From Dehalococcoidia bacterium (GTDB taxonomy: Bacteria > Chloroflexota > Dehalococcoidia > Bin125), in contig OZ241849.1 in NCBI GenBank assembly GCA_965203165.1, positions 1,281,267 to 1,345,266 on the forward strand: a stretch of DNA of 64,000 nt. Reading direction: 5' to 3'. Both the position numbers and the translations under genes were made by a program. The notes under the pieces were generated by a model, which saw only the letters and a list, made by a program, of their open reading frames with translations, did not search any database and was not told the origin of the DNA. Positions 11,062 through 20,356 of this stretch are shown here, piece by piece. Numbering within the stretch: the first letter of the stretch is position 1; every line of letters starts with the position of its first letter.

Positions 11062-11170
11062 GTCGTGGGCGCGCAGGCCGAAACTGTCGAATGGGGCTAC
11101 GCGGGCGCGGGCGCGCCGGAGCGCTGGGTGGATCTGTCCGCCGACTACGCCGCCTGCGCCGAGGGCGCGA

Positions 11171-11745
11171 GTGTGGCGGAGGTGGTTGAGCGGGGGGGGG
11201 TGTAGGCGGGGCTTGGTGCGCACCGCGGCGAGATACCCGCGGCGAGCGCGGGTATGACGGATCTTTTTGCGCGGGTGTGACGGAGGTGGTTGGGCGCGGG
11301 GGGTGGGGCGGAGGGCGCGCGGGGGGGGGTGTGGGCGGGGCTTGGTGCGCACCGCGGCGAGATACCCGCGGCAAGCGCGGGTATGACGGATCTACTCGCG
11401 CGGGTGTAGCGGAGGTGGTTGGGCGCGGGGGTGTGACGGAGGGCGCGGGGGTGTGGGGGGGTGTGGGCGGGGCTTGGTGCGCACCGCGGCGAGATACCCG
11501 CGGCAAGCGCGGGTATGACGGATCTACTCGCGCGGGTGTGGCGGAGGTGGTTGGGCGCGGGGGGTGGGGGTGTGGGCGGGGCTTGGTGCGCACCGCGGCG
11601 AGATACCCGCGGCAAGCGCGGGTATGACGGATCTACTCGCGCGGGTATGACGGATCTTTGGGCGCGGGTATGGCGGAGGTGGGGCGCGGGGGTGGCGGGT
11701 CTGTTTCGCGCGGGGGTGGCGGAGGTGGTTGGGCGCAGGGCGTAG
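11171..11745. repeat. Repeat cluster C: 4 units of about 110-130 bp with the same core
   Basis: GGGGCTTGGTGCGCACCGCGGCGAGATACCCGCGGCRAGCGCGGGTATGACGGATCT at about 11227, 11353, 11484 and 11595. Confidence 0.85.
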
Positions 11746-11799
11746 CATTTGTGGGGAGCGGCGCGTGGATGGATTGGCGCGAACGCGAGGAGGGGGAAC

Positions 11800-13347
11800 A
11801 TGACTACGCAGGGGTTGCCTACGCAGGGGTTGCCTACGCGGGGGCTGACTACGCTGGTGGAGACTTCGCTGGGGGGGTTGCGGGGGGTTGAGGATGAGGA
11901 GGTGGTCGTGTTTCGGGGGGTGCCGTTTGCGAAAGCGCCGGTGGGGGAGCTGCGCTGGCGGCAGCCGGAGCCGCTTGATCCGTGGAGCGGCGTGCGCGAC
12001 GCGAGCGAGTTTGGGGCGTCGGCGATTCAGCGGCCGCTGCCGGGCGATCTGGGAGATCTGATTGGCATCCCGCTGCAGGAGATCAGCGAGGACTGCCTCT
12101 ATCTCAATGTCTGGACGCCTGCGCTGGATGGCGCGAAGCGGCCAGTGATGGTCTGGATTCACGGCGGCGGCAACACGGTGGGCTCGGGGACGCAGCCGCG
12201 GATCGACGGGCGGCGGTTGGCGCTGGCGGGCGATGTGGTGGTGGTCACGATCAACTATCGGCTGGGCGCGTTCGGCTTTCTGCACGCGCCGGTGCTGGGC
12301 GCGTACGGCAACGAGGGGCTGCTTGACCAGGCGGCGGCGCTCTTCTGGGTGCGGCGCGAGATCGCGGCGTTCGGCGGCGACCCGCAGAATGTGACCGTGT
12401 TCGGGCAGTCGGCGGGCGGCTTCGACATTGCGCATCTGATGGCGATGCCCTCGGCGGCCGGGGCGTTCGACAAGGCGGTTCCGATGAGCGGCTCGCTGAT
12501 CCGCACGATCGGCAAGGATGAGGCGCGGGAGACCACCGAGAAGTTTTTGATTCGGTTCCGCGCGGTCGACGATCCCGAGCGGCTGCGCGATGTGCCCGCG
12601 GAGGAGATTCTGGAGTACCAGCTGGAGCTGACCGGCGGCGGGCTGGGCGGGGTGCGCTTCGGACCGACGGCCGACGGCTACGCGCTGGGGCTCGATGCGG
12701 AGGCGCGGATCGGCGCGGGCATTCAGACGCGCGGGATGCCGCTGCTGATCGGCCACACGCGCGACGAGTTCGCGATCTTCACCGAGACCAATGAGGCGTT
12801 CGCCGAGTTCGGCGAGGACGATCTGTACGGCGCGGCGGCGCTGCAGTTCGGCGTGCGCACCGCGGAAGGGCTTGACTGCTATCGCACGGCGCGCGCCGAG
12901 CGGGGCGAGGCGACGGATCCGCGCAGCCTCTACACGGCGCTGATGACCGACGCGATGTTCCGCATCCCCGCGGTGGCGACGGCCGAGGCGCAGGCGCGGC
13001 ATACGCCGGATGTCTGGTTTTACCGCTTCGATCATCCCTCGCCGGCCTACGACGGGCGGCTGGGCGCGTGCCACTCGCTGGACATTCCGTTCATCTGGGG
13101 CACCTACGAGGCGGAGAACATGCGGCGCTTCTGCGGCGATGATGCGCGGCTGGCCGAGCTGAGCGGGATGATGATGGCGACCTGGCTGAGCTTCGCGAAG
13201 AGCGGCGACCCGAACAACGAGGCGCTGCCGGAGTGGCCGCGCTACGACGCCGAGAGCCGCGCGGTGATGTCGCTGGGGCTGGAGCCGCGCGTGGAGCGCG
13301 ACCCGGGGGCGGCGGAGCGGCGTTTCTGGCAGTCGTTGGAGCTGTAG
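11800..13347 (+). CDS. Carboxylesterase type B (para-nitrobenzyl esterase-like)
   Basis: EDCLYLNVWTP, VMVWIHGGG, and the nucleophile elbow GQSAGG. Confidence 0.8.
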   Translation: MTTQGLPTQGLPTRGLTTLVETSLGGLRGVEDEEVVVFRGVPFAKAPVGELRWRQPEPLDPWSGVRDASEFGASAIQRPLPGDLGDLIGIPLQEISEDCLYLNVWTPALDGAKRPVMVWIHGGGNTVGSGTQPRIDGRRLALAGDVVVVTINYRLGAFGFLHAPVLGAYGNEGLLDQAAALFWVRREIAAFGGDPQNVTVFGQSAGGFDIAHLMAMPSAAGAFDKAVPMSGSLIRTIGKDEARETTEKFLIRFRAVDDPERLRDVPAEEILEYQLELTGGGLGGVRFGPTADGYALGLDAEARIGAGIQTRGMPLLIGHTRDEFAIFTETNEAFAEFGEDDLYGAAALQFGVRTAEGLDCYRTARAERGEATDPRSLYTALMTDAMFRIPAVATAEAQARHTPDVWFYRFDHPSPAYDGRLGACHSLDIPFIWGTYEAENMRRFCGDDARLAELSGMMMATWLSFAKSGDPNNEALPEWPRYDAESRAVMSLGLEPRVERDPGAAERRFWQSLEL

Positions 13348-13398
13348 GCGCTACACTGGGCGCATTCTGGACTGAGGGCGGCGAAAGGACGACTCCCA

Positions 13399-14484
13399 AT
13401 GAAAATCGAAACCGGCTTCGGCGGCGGCTGGCTGGGCGGTATTCCCGAGCAGGTGCGCGCGGCAGAAGCGCGCGGCTTCGACGCCGTGGTGACGCCCGAA
13501 ACGAAGCACGAGTCGACGCTGGCGATGGCGCTGGCGGCGGAGCACACGGAGCGGGTGGAAATCTGCTCGAGCGTGACGATCGCCTTCCCGCGCACGCCGA
13601 TGATCCTGGCGCAGGCGATGTGGGATCTGCAGCAGCTCTCGAAGGGGCGGATGAACATCGGGCTGGGCAGCCAGGTGAAGGGGCACAATGTACGCCGCTT
13701 CGGCGGCACTTGGACGCCGCCGGCCAAGCGGATGGAGCAGTACATCGGGATGATGCGCGCGGTCTGGCACTCGTGGCAGACGGGCGAGCGCCCGGAGTAC
13801 ATCAGCGACAACTACACCTACACGCTGATGACGCCGATGTTCGACCCGGGGCCGATCGAGTACGCGCCGCCGAAGATTTCGCTGGCCAACGTGGGTCCGC
13901 TGATGGCGCAGGTGGCGGGGGCGTGCGCGGACGGGCTGCGTCCGCACGGCTTCATGACGCACAAGGTGATGCTGGACACGGTGCTGCCCAGCGTGAAGAA
14001 GGGCGCGGACCGCGCCGGGCGCACGCTCGACGAGATCGAAATCTCGGTGGGCGGCTTCACGGCGTTCGGGGAGACCGAGGCGGAAGTCGAGCAGGCGATC
14101 GAGGGGCTGCGGCAACCGATTTCGTTCTACGGCTCGACGCGGACGTATCACCACATCTTCGAGGCGCACGGCTTCGATTCGCTGGGCATGCAGCTGCACG
14201 AGCTGTCGCTGCGCGGCGAATGGGACAAGATGATCGACGCGGTGAACTTCGAGGTGGCGGCGGAGATGGCGCACGCGGTGACCTGGGACGACCTGCCCAA
14301 GTACACGCGCGAGCACCTCGATTACGCGGGGCGGATGAACCTGGGGCAGTACGCGCGGACGTCGGATCGCAACCGGCAGGGGAATTTCGCGTACCCGGGC
14401 AGCGCGGAGAAGGCGTCCAAGCCGGCACCGGAGCTGAGCGAGGAGCGGCTGAGCTGGTTGATGGAGGAGCTGGCGCCGATCTAA
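13399..14484 (+). CDS. LLM-class flavin/F420-dependent oxidoreductase (luciferase-like)
   Basis: TIM-barrel luciferase-like family pattern: MKIETGFG...GFDAVVTPE...MNIGLGSQ. Confidence 0.7.
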   Translation: MKIETGFGGGWLGGIPEQVRAAEARGFDAVVTPETKHESTLAMALAAEHTERVEICSSVTIAFPRTPMILAQAMWDLQQLSKGRMNIGLGSQVKGHNVRRFGGTWTPPAKRMEQYIGMMRAVWHSWQTGERPEYISDNYTYTLMTPMFDPGPIEYAPPKISLANVGPLMAQVAGACADGLRPHGFMTHKVMLDTVLPSVKKGADRAGRTLDEIEISVGGFTAFGETEAEVEQAIEGLRQPISFYGSTRTYHHIFEAHGFDSLGMQLHELSLRGEWDKMIDAVNFEVAAEMAHAVTWDDLPKYTREHLDYAGRMNLGQYARTSDRNRQGNFAYPGSAEKASKPAPELSEERLSWLMEELAPI

Positions 14485-14604
14485 GGCGGTGCGCCTGGAC
14501 TCTGCTTGCCTCTTCCCCTTCTGGTCCCTCCCCTTTGGCAGGTGGGGGGTTGGAGGCAGTGAACCACCGCCGGCGCACGCTCGCTACGCCGACCCCCCTC
14601 TTAG

Positions 14605-14627
14605 TCTCCCCCCTGAAAGGGGGGAGA
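14605..14627. terminator. Candidate bidirectional terminator hairpin between convergent genes
   Basis: TCTCCCCCC-tgaaa-GGGGGGAGA forms a perfect 9-bp stem. It lies between the oxidoreductase 3' end (14484) and the methyltransferase 3' end (14645). No clear U-tract. Confidence 0.3.
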
Positions 14628-14644
14628 GATGAATTGGGGAATGT

Positions 14645-15574
14645 TCATGTACGCCGCCCTCTCCGTCGAGCGCGGGTGGTTGCGCGGCGGCGACCTTCGA
14701 GCAGCTGTCGCTGTAGCTCGCGCTGTGGCGCGGCGTTGTCCAAGACCAGGATTGGGCTCGTCAGATCGACGCCGAGATCGACTGCGAGATCGGCCGCTAC
14801 GTCGTGCAGAATCTCGACGCCGATGCTCTGCCGACCCATACGCTGAGCTACGCGGAGCGTTGTCCCGGAGCCTACGAACGGATCGAGTACGACATCACCC
14901 TCGTCGGTGAACAGCTTGATGAACCACTCCGGCAGCCATTCGGGATACGCCGCTGAGTGACCGGTGTTGTGCGCAACCGGCGATCCGTAGAGGACATTGT
15001 TCGGCAGAACGGTGTCTTTGTCAGTCCAATACGCGATCTTCCGTCCGACGCCGCTGCCGGTGGCGCTGTTGTGGCGTGTGAGGTCTGCGTCGCCCAGCTT
15101 CTTCAGCCGAGCCTCCGTCCAGTCGCCGATTGGCACTCGCACCGCGTCCTGGTTCATTTTGAAGTTGCGCTCTTTGGTGAAATGCAGGCAGCGCTCCCAA
15201 GCGTCGCGGAACCGGTTTCGCCAGTAGCCGGGCGCGCTGGTCGTCTTGTGCCAAACGTACTCCTCGACCCACCTGAATTCGCACTCGCTGCGCAGCGCTT
15301 GGATCAGCTCGAGCACGTAGGTGTGGCGCTCTCCGTCTACGCACTTTTCTTTGATGTTGAGTACGAACGAGCCTGTCGGCGCGAGGACGCGGTAAAACTC
15401 GTGCGCCCGCGGAATGAACCACTCGACGTAGTCGTCCGGCCGAATGCCGCCGTAGGTTCGCTTGCGGGCGTCCGCGTAGGGTGGCGACGTGACGATCAGG
15501 TCGACGCTGTCGCTCGGAACGTTGGTGAGCGCGTCAAGGCAGTCGCCCGCGAATAGCGTGATCGAGTCCGGCAT
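14645..15574 (-). CDS. DNA methyltransferase, beta-class N4-cytosine or N6-adenine
   Basis: Motif IV DLIVTSPPY precedes motif I DPFVGSGTT (IV...I order, beta group). Sits in a lower-GC segment adjacent to a putative endonuclease. Confidence 0.8.
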   Translation of the reverse strand: MPDSITLFAGDCLDALTNVPSDSVDLIVTSPPYADARKRTYGGIRPDDYVEWFIPRAHEFYRVLAPTGSFVLNIKEKCVDGERHTYVLELIQALRSECEFRWVEEYVWHKTTSAPGYWRNRFRDAWERCLHFTKERNFKMNQDAVRVPIGDWTEARLKKLGDADLTRHNSATGSGVGRKIAYWTDKDTVLPNNVLYGSPVAHNTGHSAAYPEWLPEWFIKLFTDEGDVVLDPFVGSGTTLRVAQRMGRQSIGVEILHDVAADLAVDLGVDLTSPILVLDNAAPQRELQRQLLEGRRRATTRARRRGRRT

Positions 15575-15585
15575 CGCGATCCTGC

Positions 15586-16410
15586 CTATCGCCCCAGATG
15601 CACTTGCTGAAAGAGATCGCGGCAGAACTGCACTGCTTCGGTGTCGACTTTGTCGGACATGTCCGGCGACAGGTGGTCTTGCATTCGATTTGCGAGCTGC
15701 GCAAAGACCAGATCGAGGGCGTCGTCCACACCGGAAGCGATGGCGTAGAACGTTCGCCCGTCAACGCGCTCGATCCTCTCGCCGACAGCGGCGGGCTGCT
15801 GTCCTGGGCGGCGCGGCAAGATCGTGACCAGATAGCCACGGCCGCTCGACCCCCATCGTTTGGCGCGCAAGAACTGAGAGATGTTGTCGAGCACCTGCTT
15901 CGTGGTGTCGGCATTCATCGTGTTGTGCTTGTTCTTGACCTCCGCCGCGATCCGGGCGTCGTCGTTGAACAGATCGACGAGGCCGTCCTGCTCGGTCCAG
16001 CCCGGCATCGCACCGAGCACGTTCTGGTGAAAGCCGCCGATTGCACTCGCGATTGCCTGCGCCAGCGACCTTGAGCCGTCCAGACGATTGAGATCGTCCA
16101 CACCGCCGCCAAGAACGCAAGCCTGCGCGAGCAGCGCGAAGGGGTCGCGCACATTCTTCTCAAGTCGGGCGGGGATCTCGCGGTCGGCCTCGCCAATTCG
16201 GGAGATCAGCGTTCGGATGGCTGCGTCAAAGTCGGCGTCGCTGATGAACGGGAGCTGTCCGCTTCCACCTGGATCTCGCGGGGGGGGGGGGGGGGGGATA
16301 CGACGAGCGGACGAGCTCACGGCGGACTCCTCGATCGGGCCGCGTACCATACACAGCGGGCCGCCAGGGGCCAAGGCCCGACGGCGGGCCGGGAGAGAAC
16401 GCAGCCGCAC
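15586..16410 (-). CDS. Putative type II restriction endonuclease (PD-(D/E)xK-like); N-terminus contains an 18-nt poly-C/G tract
   Basis: DLFNDDARIAAEVKNKHNTMN fits D...(D/E)xK. Co-oriented directly upstream of the methyltransferase. Family assignment (possibly Eco47II-like) is uncertain. Confidence 0.45.
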   Translation of the reverse strand: MRLRSLPARRRALAPGGPLCMVRGPIEESAVSSSARRIPPPPPPRDPGGSGQLPFISDADFDAAIRTLISRIGEADREIPARLEKNVRDPFALLAQACVLGGGVDDLNRLDGSRSLAQAIASAIGGFHQNVLGAMPGWTEQDGLVDLFNDDARIAAEVKNKHNTMNADTTKQVLDNISQFLRAKRWGSSGRGYLVTILPRRPGQQPAAVGERIERVDGRTFYAIASGVDDALDLVFAQLANRMQDHLSPDMSDKVDTEAVQFCRDLFQQVHLGR

Positions 16411-16442
16411 TCTGTCGGTGCGAGCTAGAGACGAGCGCGGAC

Positions 16443-17228
16443 ATGCCCAACGACTGGCACGAGCTTTTGGATGACCTTGCGGCGGAGCAGCGGTATCTGG
16501 ATGATGCGCTGGCTGCGACTGAGGATGCGGTGTGGGAGCGCGCGACGCCCTGCGAGGGGTGGCTGGTGCGGGATGTGATCGCGCATCTGGCGGAGGTTGA
16601 CGACCATGCGGCGATCGTGGCTTCGGGCGCGCCGCGCTATCCGGACGGGGGCGGGCGCTCGGCGGACGGGCTGCGCTCGCAGGGGCAGGATGAAGCGCGG
16701 CAGATGACGCGGGCGCAGCTGGTCGATTGGTGGCGCGGCGCGCGGGGGCGTCTGGAGGCGGCGCTGCGTCCGCTCGACGCGAAGCATCGGCTGCCGTGGG
16801 CGGGCCCGCCGATGAGCGCGCGCTCGTTCGCCACGGCGCGGCTGATGGAGTGCTGGAGCCACGGGCTGGACGCGCTGGACGGGGCGCAAATCGCGGCGAT
16901 GGACAGCGACCGGCTGCGGCACATCGCGCATCTGGGCTGCATCACGCGGGCGTTCGCCTACCAGACGCGGGGGCTGGAGCCGAACACGGAGCCGCTGCGG
17001 GTCGAGCTGGCGCTGCCCTCGGGCGCGGCGTGGGCGAGCGGTCCGGAGGATGCGGCCAACCGAATCAGCGGCGCGGCGGGCGGTTTCTGCCGCGTCGTGA
17101 CGCAGCGGATTCACTACCGCGATACGGACCTGCAATGGCAGGGCGAGGCGGCGGAGGAGTTTCTGCAGGTGGCACAGGCGTTCGCGGGCCCGCCCGGGCC
17201 GGGGCGGGCGGAGCGGTCGCGGGGGTGA
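16443..17228 (+). CDS. DinB-like / mycothiol maleylpyruvate isomerase N-terminal domain protein (TIGR03083-like)
   Basis: ATPCEGWLVRDVIAHLAEVDDH is the conserved N-terminal motif of this family. Confidence 0.55.
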   Translation: MPNDWHELLDDLAAEQRYLDDALAATEDAVWERATPCEGWLVRDVIAHLAEVDDHAAIVASGAPRYPDGGGRSADGLRSQGQDEARQMTRAQLVDWWRGARGRLEAALRPLDAKHRLPWAGPPMSARSFATARLMECWSHGLDALDGAQIAAMDSDRLRHIAHLGCITRAFAYQTRGLEPNTEPLRVELALPSGAAWASGPEDAANRISGAAGGFCRVVTQRIHYRDTDLQWQGEAAEEFLQVAQAFAGPPGPGRAERSRG

Positions 17229-17234
17229 GGGCAC

Positions 17235-17860
17235 TTGGCGCCCTCGCGCACGCCCCAGATCCGTCATACCCGCGCTCGCCGCGGGTATCTCGCCGTGTTC
17301 GGCACTAGGCCATGTTCTCGCCCCCTTTCCGTCATTCCCTGCGCAGGCAGGGTTGAGAGGCGAGGACGGGACTTGGGTGCAGCGCAGCGAGATACCCGCG
17401 GCGAGCGCGGGTATGACGGAAGGGGCGCGGGTATGACAGAAGGGGGCGTAAGGGAATGACGGGCTTTGCGCGGGCTGCGGGCGTGTGTGTTTTCCGCTCT
17501 CTTCCTCCCTTCGGAGCGTTAGGGGGTGCGAGAGGGCTTTGCGCTGTGCTCGGCGAGATACCCGCGGCGAGCGCGGGTATGACGGAGGAGGCGGCGCGGG
17601 TATGACGGAAGAGGGGGGGCAGGTATGACGATATGGGCCGCAGGGGAATGACGGGGCTTTGCGCGGAGCTGCGGGCGTGTGTGTTTTCCGCTCTCTTCCT
17701 CCCTTCGGAGCGTTAGGGGCGCGAGAGGGCTTTGTGCTGTGCTCGGCGAGATACCCGCGGCGAGCGCGGGTATGACGGATCTTTTTGCGCGGGTATGACG
17801 GAAGAGGGGGCGCGGGTATGACGGAGGAGGGGCGCGGGTATGATGGACCTCGTGTGAACA
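17235..17860. repeat. Repeat cluster D: one inverted core then three forward cores with about 180-bp period
   Basis: Inverted core GTCATACCCGCGCTCGCCGCGGGTATCTCGCC at about 17262; forward cores at about 17390, 17565 and 17747. A conserved TGTGTGTTTTCCGCTCTCTTCCTCCCTTCGGAGCGTTAGGGG appears twice between cores. Confidence 0.85.
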
Positions 17861-17864
17861 GGCG

Positions 17865-19076
17865 CTAGTCGATTTGGGCGCGTTGGAGGATGGCGCGGTT
17901 GATTAGGCCGTCGATTGTTGGGGTGGTGTGAGTGATTTGGATCCGGCTCATGAACGCTCGCGGGCCCAGCTCGATGAAGAGGCTGCCCAGCAGTTCGTCG
18001 GCGAAGCCGCTGGAGACCATTGGGATGTCGGAGAAATCCAGTGTTACGCTGCGGTTTTCGCGTAGGTGTTGCTCTACGGTGCCGCGCACTCGTTGGCCGC
18101 CTGCTCTGGAGCCGACTTCTTGCGCGGCTTCGGTGGCGATCGACAGAGTTGCGGCGGCGGCTTCGTTATCGGGGCGCGGCTCGTGGGATCGTTTTGGGAA
18201 TGAGAGCGCGCGCGCCAGCAGATCCGGGTGATCGACGGCTATTTCGCAGCGCACTACTGTGCCGCTGTAGCGGATTCTTCGTTTGCGCGTTTTGTACTCG
18301 TCCGGTCCGGAGCGCGAGGCGTGCAACAGGGCGAAGCCGGAGTTGAGCTCGAATTCGCCGCCGGAGAGTTTGGCGATGCGGAAGCTTCCCAGCAGGCCGT
18401 CTTTTGCGACTGCGCGGATCAGCGCCTGCTCGTGGTCGCGGATACGCATGCTGCCGGCGAGTCCGCCGCCGCCGTCGGCGATGACCAGCTCGACCCGCTT
18501 CGATTCCTCGTTGAGCGTCGTTTGGGCGAAGCCGCCGGTCGGAGATTCGGCGTGGCGCAGCACATTGTCGGCCAATTCGTAGATCGCCCACTCCAGCGCC
18601 GCGGCGTCGGCGCGCTCGATGCCCGGCTGCGACATCGCAGCGGCCAGCGCGTCGTCGACGATCGGCGCGATTTCCGCCGCCGTGGTGAAGCGCCGCGCGG
18701 GCGGGCGGGCGTCGGCGAGCGGCTGGAGCGGGTAGCGCTCGGGATTGATGAAGTGCGCCCAGTTGGACGCGATCAGCTGCTGCTTGAGCGCGTCGTCCTG
18801 CGGCTCGACCAGCTCGAAGCTCGCGCCGGCCGTCTCGCGGTAGCCGGCCACGACGGGCAGCAGCGGCAGCATTGCGGCGGGGGTGAGCGCCTGACATTGG
18901 GCGAAGTCGAGCGTGACCTGTTGGTGCTCGCCGCGCTCAATGGTGTCGAAGACGGCGGCGCGGACGACGCGCAGCTCGTCAAAGCGGCGCAGCTCGCCGC
19001 GCAGCGTGACGCGATTGCCCTCGTGGCCAACTTCGAGCGGCATAGGGACACAATACGCCCCCACCGACCGCCACAC
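17865..19076 (-). CDS. STAS-like / GHKL ATPase (RsbW-type) / C-terminal DUF4325-like fusion protein
   Basis: Central GHKL-like N-box and G1 motifs ELADNVLRHAES...VELVIADGGGGL. C-terminal ...VTLDFSDIPMVSSGFADELLGSLF... is STAS/DUF4325-like. N-terminal ...VTLDFAQCQALTPAAMLPLL... is STAS-like. Confidence 0.5.
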   Translation of the reverse strand: MWRSVGAYCVPMPLEVGHEGNRVTLRGELRRFDELRVVRAAVFDTIERGEHQQVTLDFAQCQALTPAAMLPLLPVVAGYRETAGASFELVEPQDDALKQQLIASNWAHFINPERYPLQPLADARPPARRFTTAAEIAPIVDDALAAAMSQPGIERADAAALEWAIYELADNVLRHAESPTGGFAQTTLNEESKRVELVIADGGGGLAGSMRIRDHEQALIRAVAKDGLLGSFRIAKLSGGEFELNSGFALLHASRSGPDEYKTRKRRIRYSGTVVRCEIAVDHPDLLARALSFPKRSHEPRPDNEAAAATLSIATEAAQEVGSRAGGQRVRGTVEQHLRENRSVTLDFSDIPMVSSGFADELLGSLFIELGPRAFMSRIQITHTTPTIDGLINRAILQRAQID

Positions 19077-19108
19077 GCCACAGTGCGCGGCGGCGTTAGC
19101 CTGCTGGG

Positions 19109-20356
19109 GTGCTGACTCACCTGCGCGTGCTCGACCTGACGGATCAACGCGGCGTGCTCGCCGGGCAGATGCTGGCGGACCTCGGCGCGGACGTGATTCA
19201 GCTCGAGCCGCCGGGCGGCTCGCGCGGTCGCCGCGTCGCGCCTTTCTTCGCCGCCGACCTGCCTGAGGTTGAGCGCTCGATCTTCTGGACCGCTTACACG
19301 CGCAACAAGCGCAGCGCGACCTGCGATATTGAGCGTCCCGAAGGCCGCGAGCTGCTGCGCCGGCTGCTGGCCGAGGCGGACATCCTGATCGAGTCGTCCG
19401 AGCCCGGCGCGATGGCCGAGCTGGGGCTGGGCTATGAGCAGCTGAGCGCCGATTTTCCGCGGCTGATCTACGCCTCGATCAGCGCGTTCGGGCAGAGCGG
19501 GCCGAAGGCGGGCTATCAAGCGACTGATCTGGTGATCTGGGCGGCGGGCACGCCGCTGTTGATGACGGGCGACGACGACCGCGCGCCGGTGCGCGTCTCC
19601 GTGCCGCAGTCGTGGTCGCATGCCGCGGCGGACGCGGCCGGCGGGGCGATGCTGGCGCTGCACGCGCGTCACGCGACGGGGCGCGGGCAGCATGTGGATG
19701 TTTCGGCGCAAATCTCGGCGGCGCAGGCGACGCTGGGGCAGGTGCTGGCGCACTCGCTCGGCGCGTCGGAGCCGGAGCGCTACGCGGGCGGGGTCAAGGT
19801 GCGCGGAGTCGGCTTTCGCGGTACCACCGAAGTTGAGGACGGCTGGATTGTGCTCACGCTCGCGCCGGGGCCGGCGATCGGGCATTTCGTCAACCACGCG
19901 GTGCGCTGGCTGATCGACGAGGGCGCGCTCGAACCCGAGCTGGCTGAGGAGAACTTCGTCGATTACCCCGACCGCCTGCTGGCCGGCCGCGCCGACCCGG
20001 AACTGATGCCGCGCATCCAGCAGGTGATGCAGGCGCAGGTGCGGGGCAAATCCAAACGCGAAATGCTGGACATATCGATTGCGTACGACCTGCTGCTCGT
20101 GCCGGTGCTGACGGTCCCGGACCTGGCCGAGAGCCGCCAACTTGCGGAGCGCGGCTTCTGGCGCGAGTTTCGACTCGAAGACGGGCGCGCGCTGCGGTTG
20201 CCCTCCGCGCCGCTGCAGATCAGCATCGACGGCGCGGCGCAACGTTGGGATGAACGCCCGCCGCCGCGGCTCGGTCAGCACAACGACGAAATCTGGGGCG
20301 GGCTCGGACTCAGCGCAGAAGAGATCGCTGCGTTGCGCGGAGAGGGCGTGATCTGA
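19109..20356 (+). CDS. CoA-transferase family III (CaiB/BaiF)
   Basis: LRVLDLTDQRGVLAGQMLADLGADVIQLEPPGG N-terminal signature. Confidence 0.8.
   Translation: MLTHLRVLDLTDQRGVLAGQMLADLGADVIQLEPPGGSRGRRVAPFFAADLPEVERSIFWTAYTRNKRSATCDIERPEGRELLRRLLAEADILIESSEPGAMAELGLGYEQLSADFPRLIYASISAFGQSGPKAGYQATDLVIWAAGTPLLMTGDDDRAPVRVSVPQSWSHAAADAAGGAMLALHARHATGRGQHVDVSAQISAAQATLGQVLAHSLGASEPERYAGGVKVRGVGFRGTTEVEDGWIVLTLAPGPAIGHFVNHAVRWLIDEGALEPELAEENFVDYPDRLLAGRADPELMPRIQQVMQAQVRGKSKREMLDISIAYDLLLVPVLTVPDLAESRQLAERGFWREFRLEDGRALRLPSAPLQISIDGAAQRWDERPPPRLGQHNDEIWGGLGLSAEEIAALRGEGVI

Noticed and set aside
9622-11352. 576-aa ORF extending the enoyl-CoA hydratase, and ORFs 10985-11593, 11145-11801, 11524-13074
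   Set aside because: N-terminal parts are read-through of repeat cluster C or antisense of the carboxylesterase. The hydratase start was re-placed at 10497.
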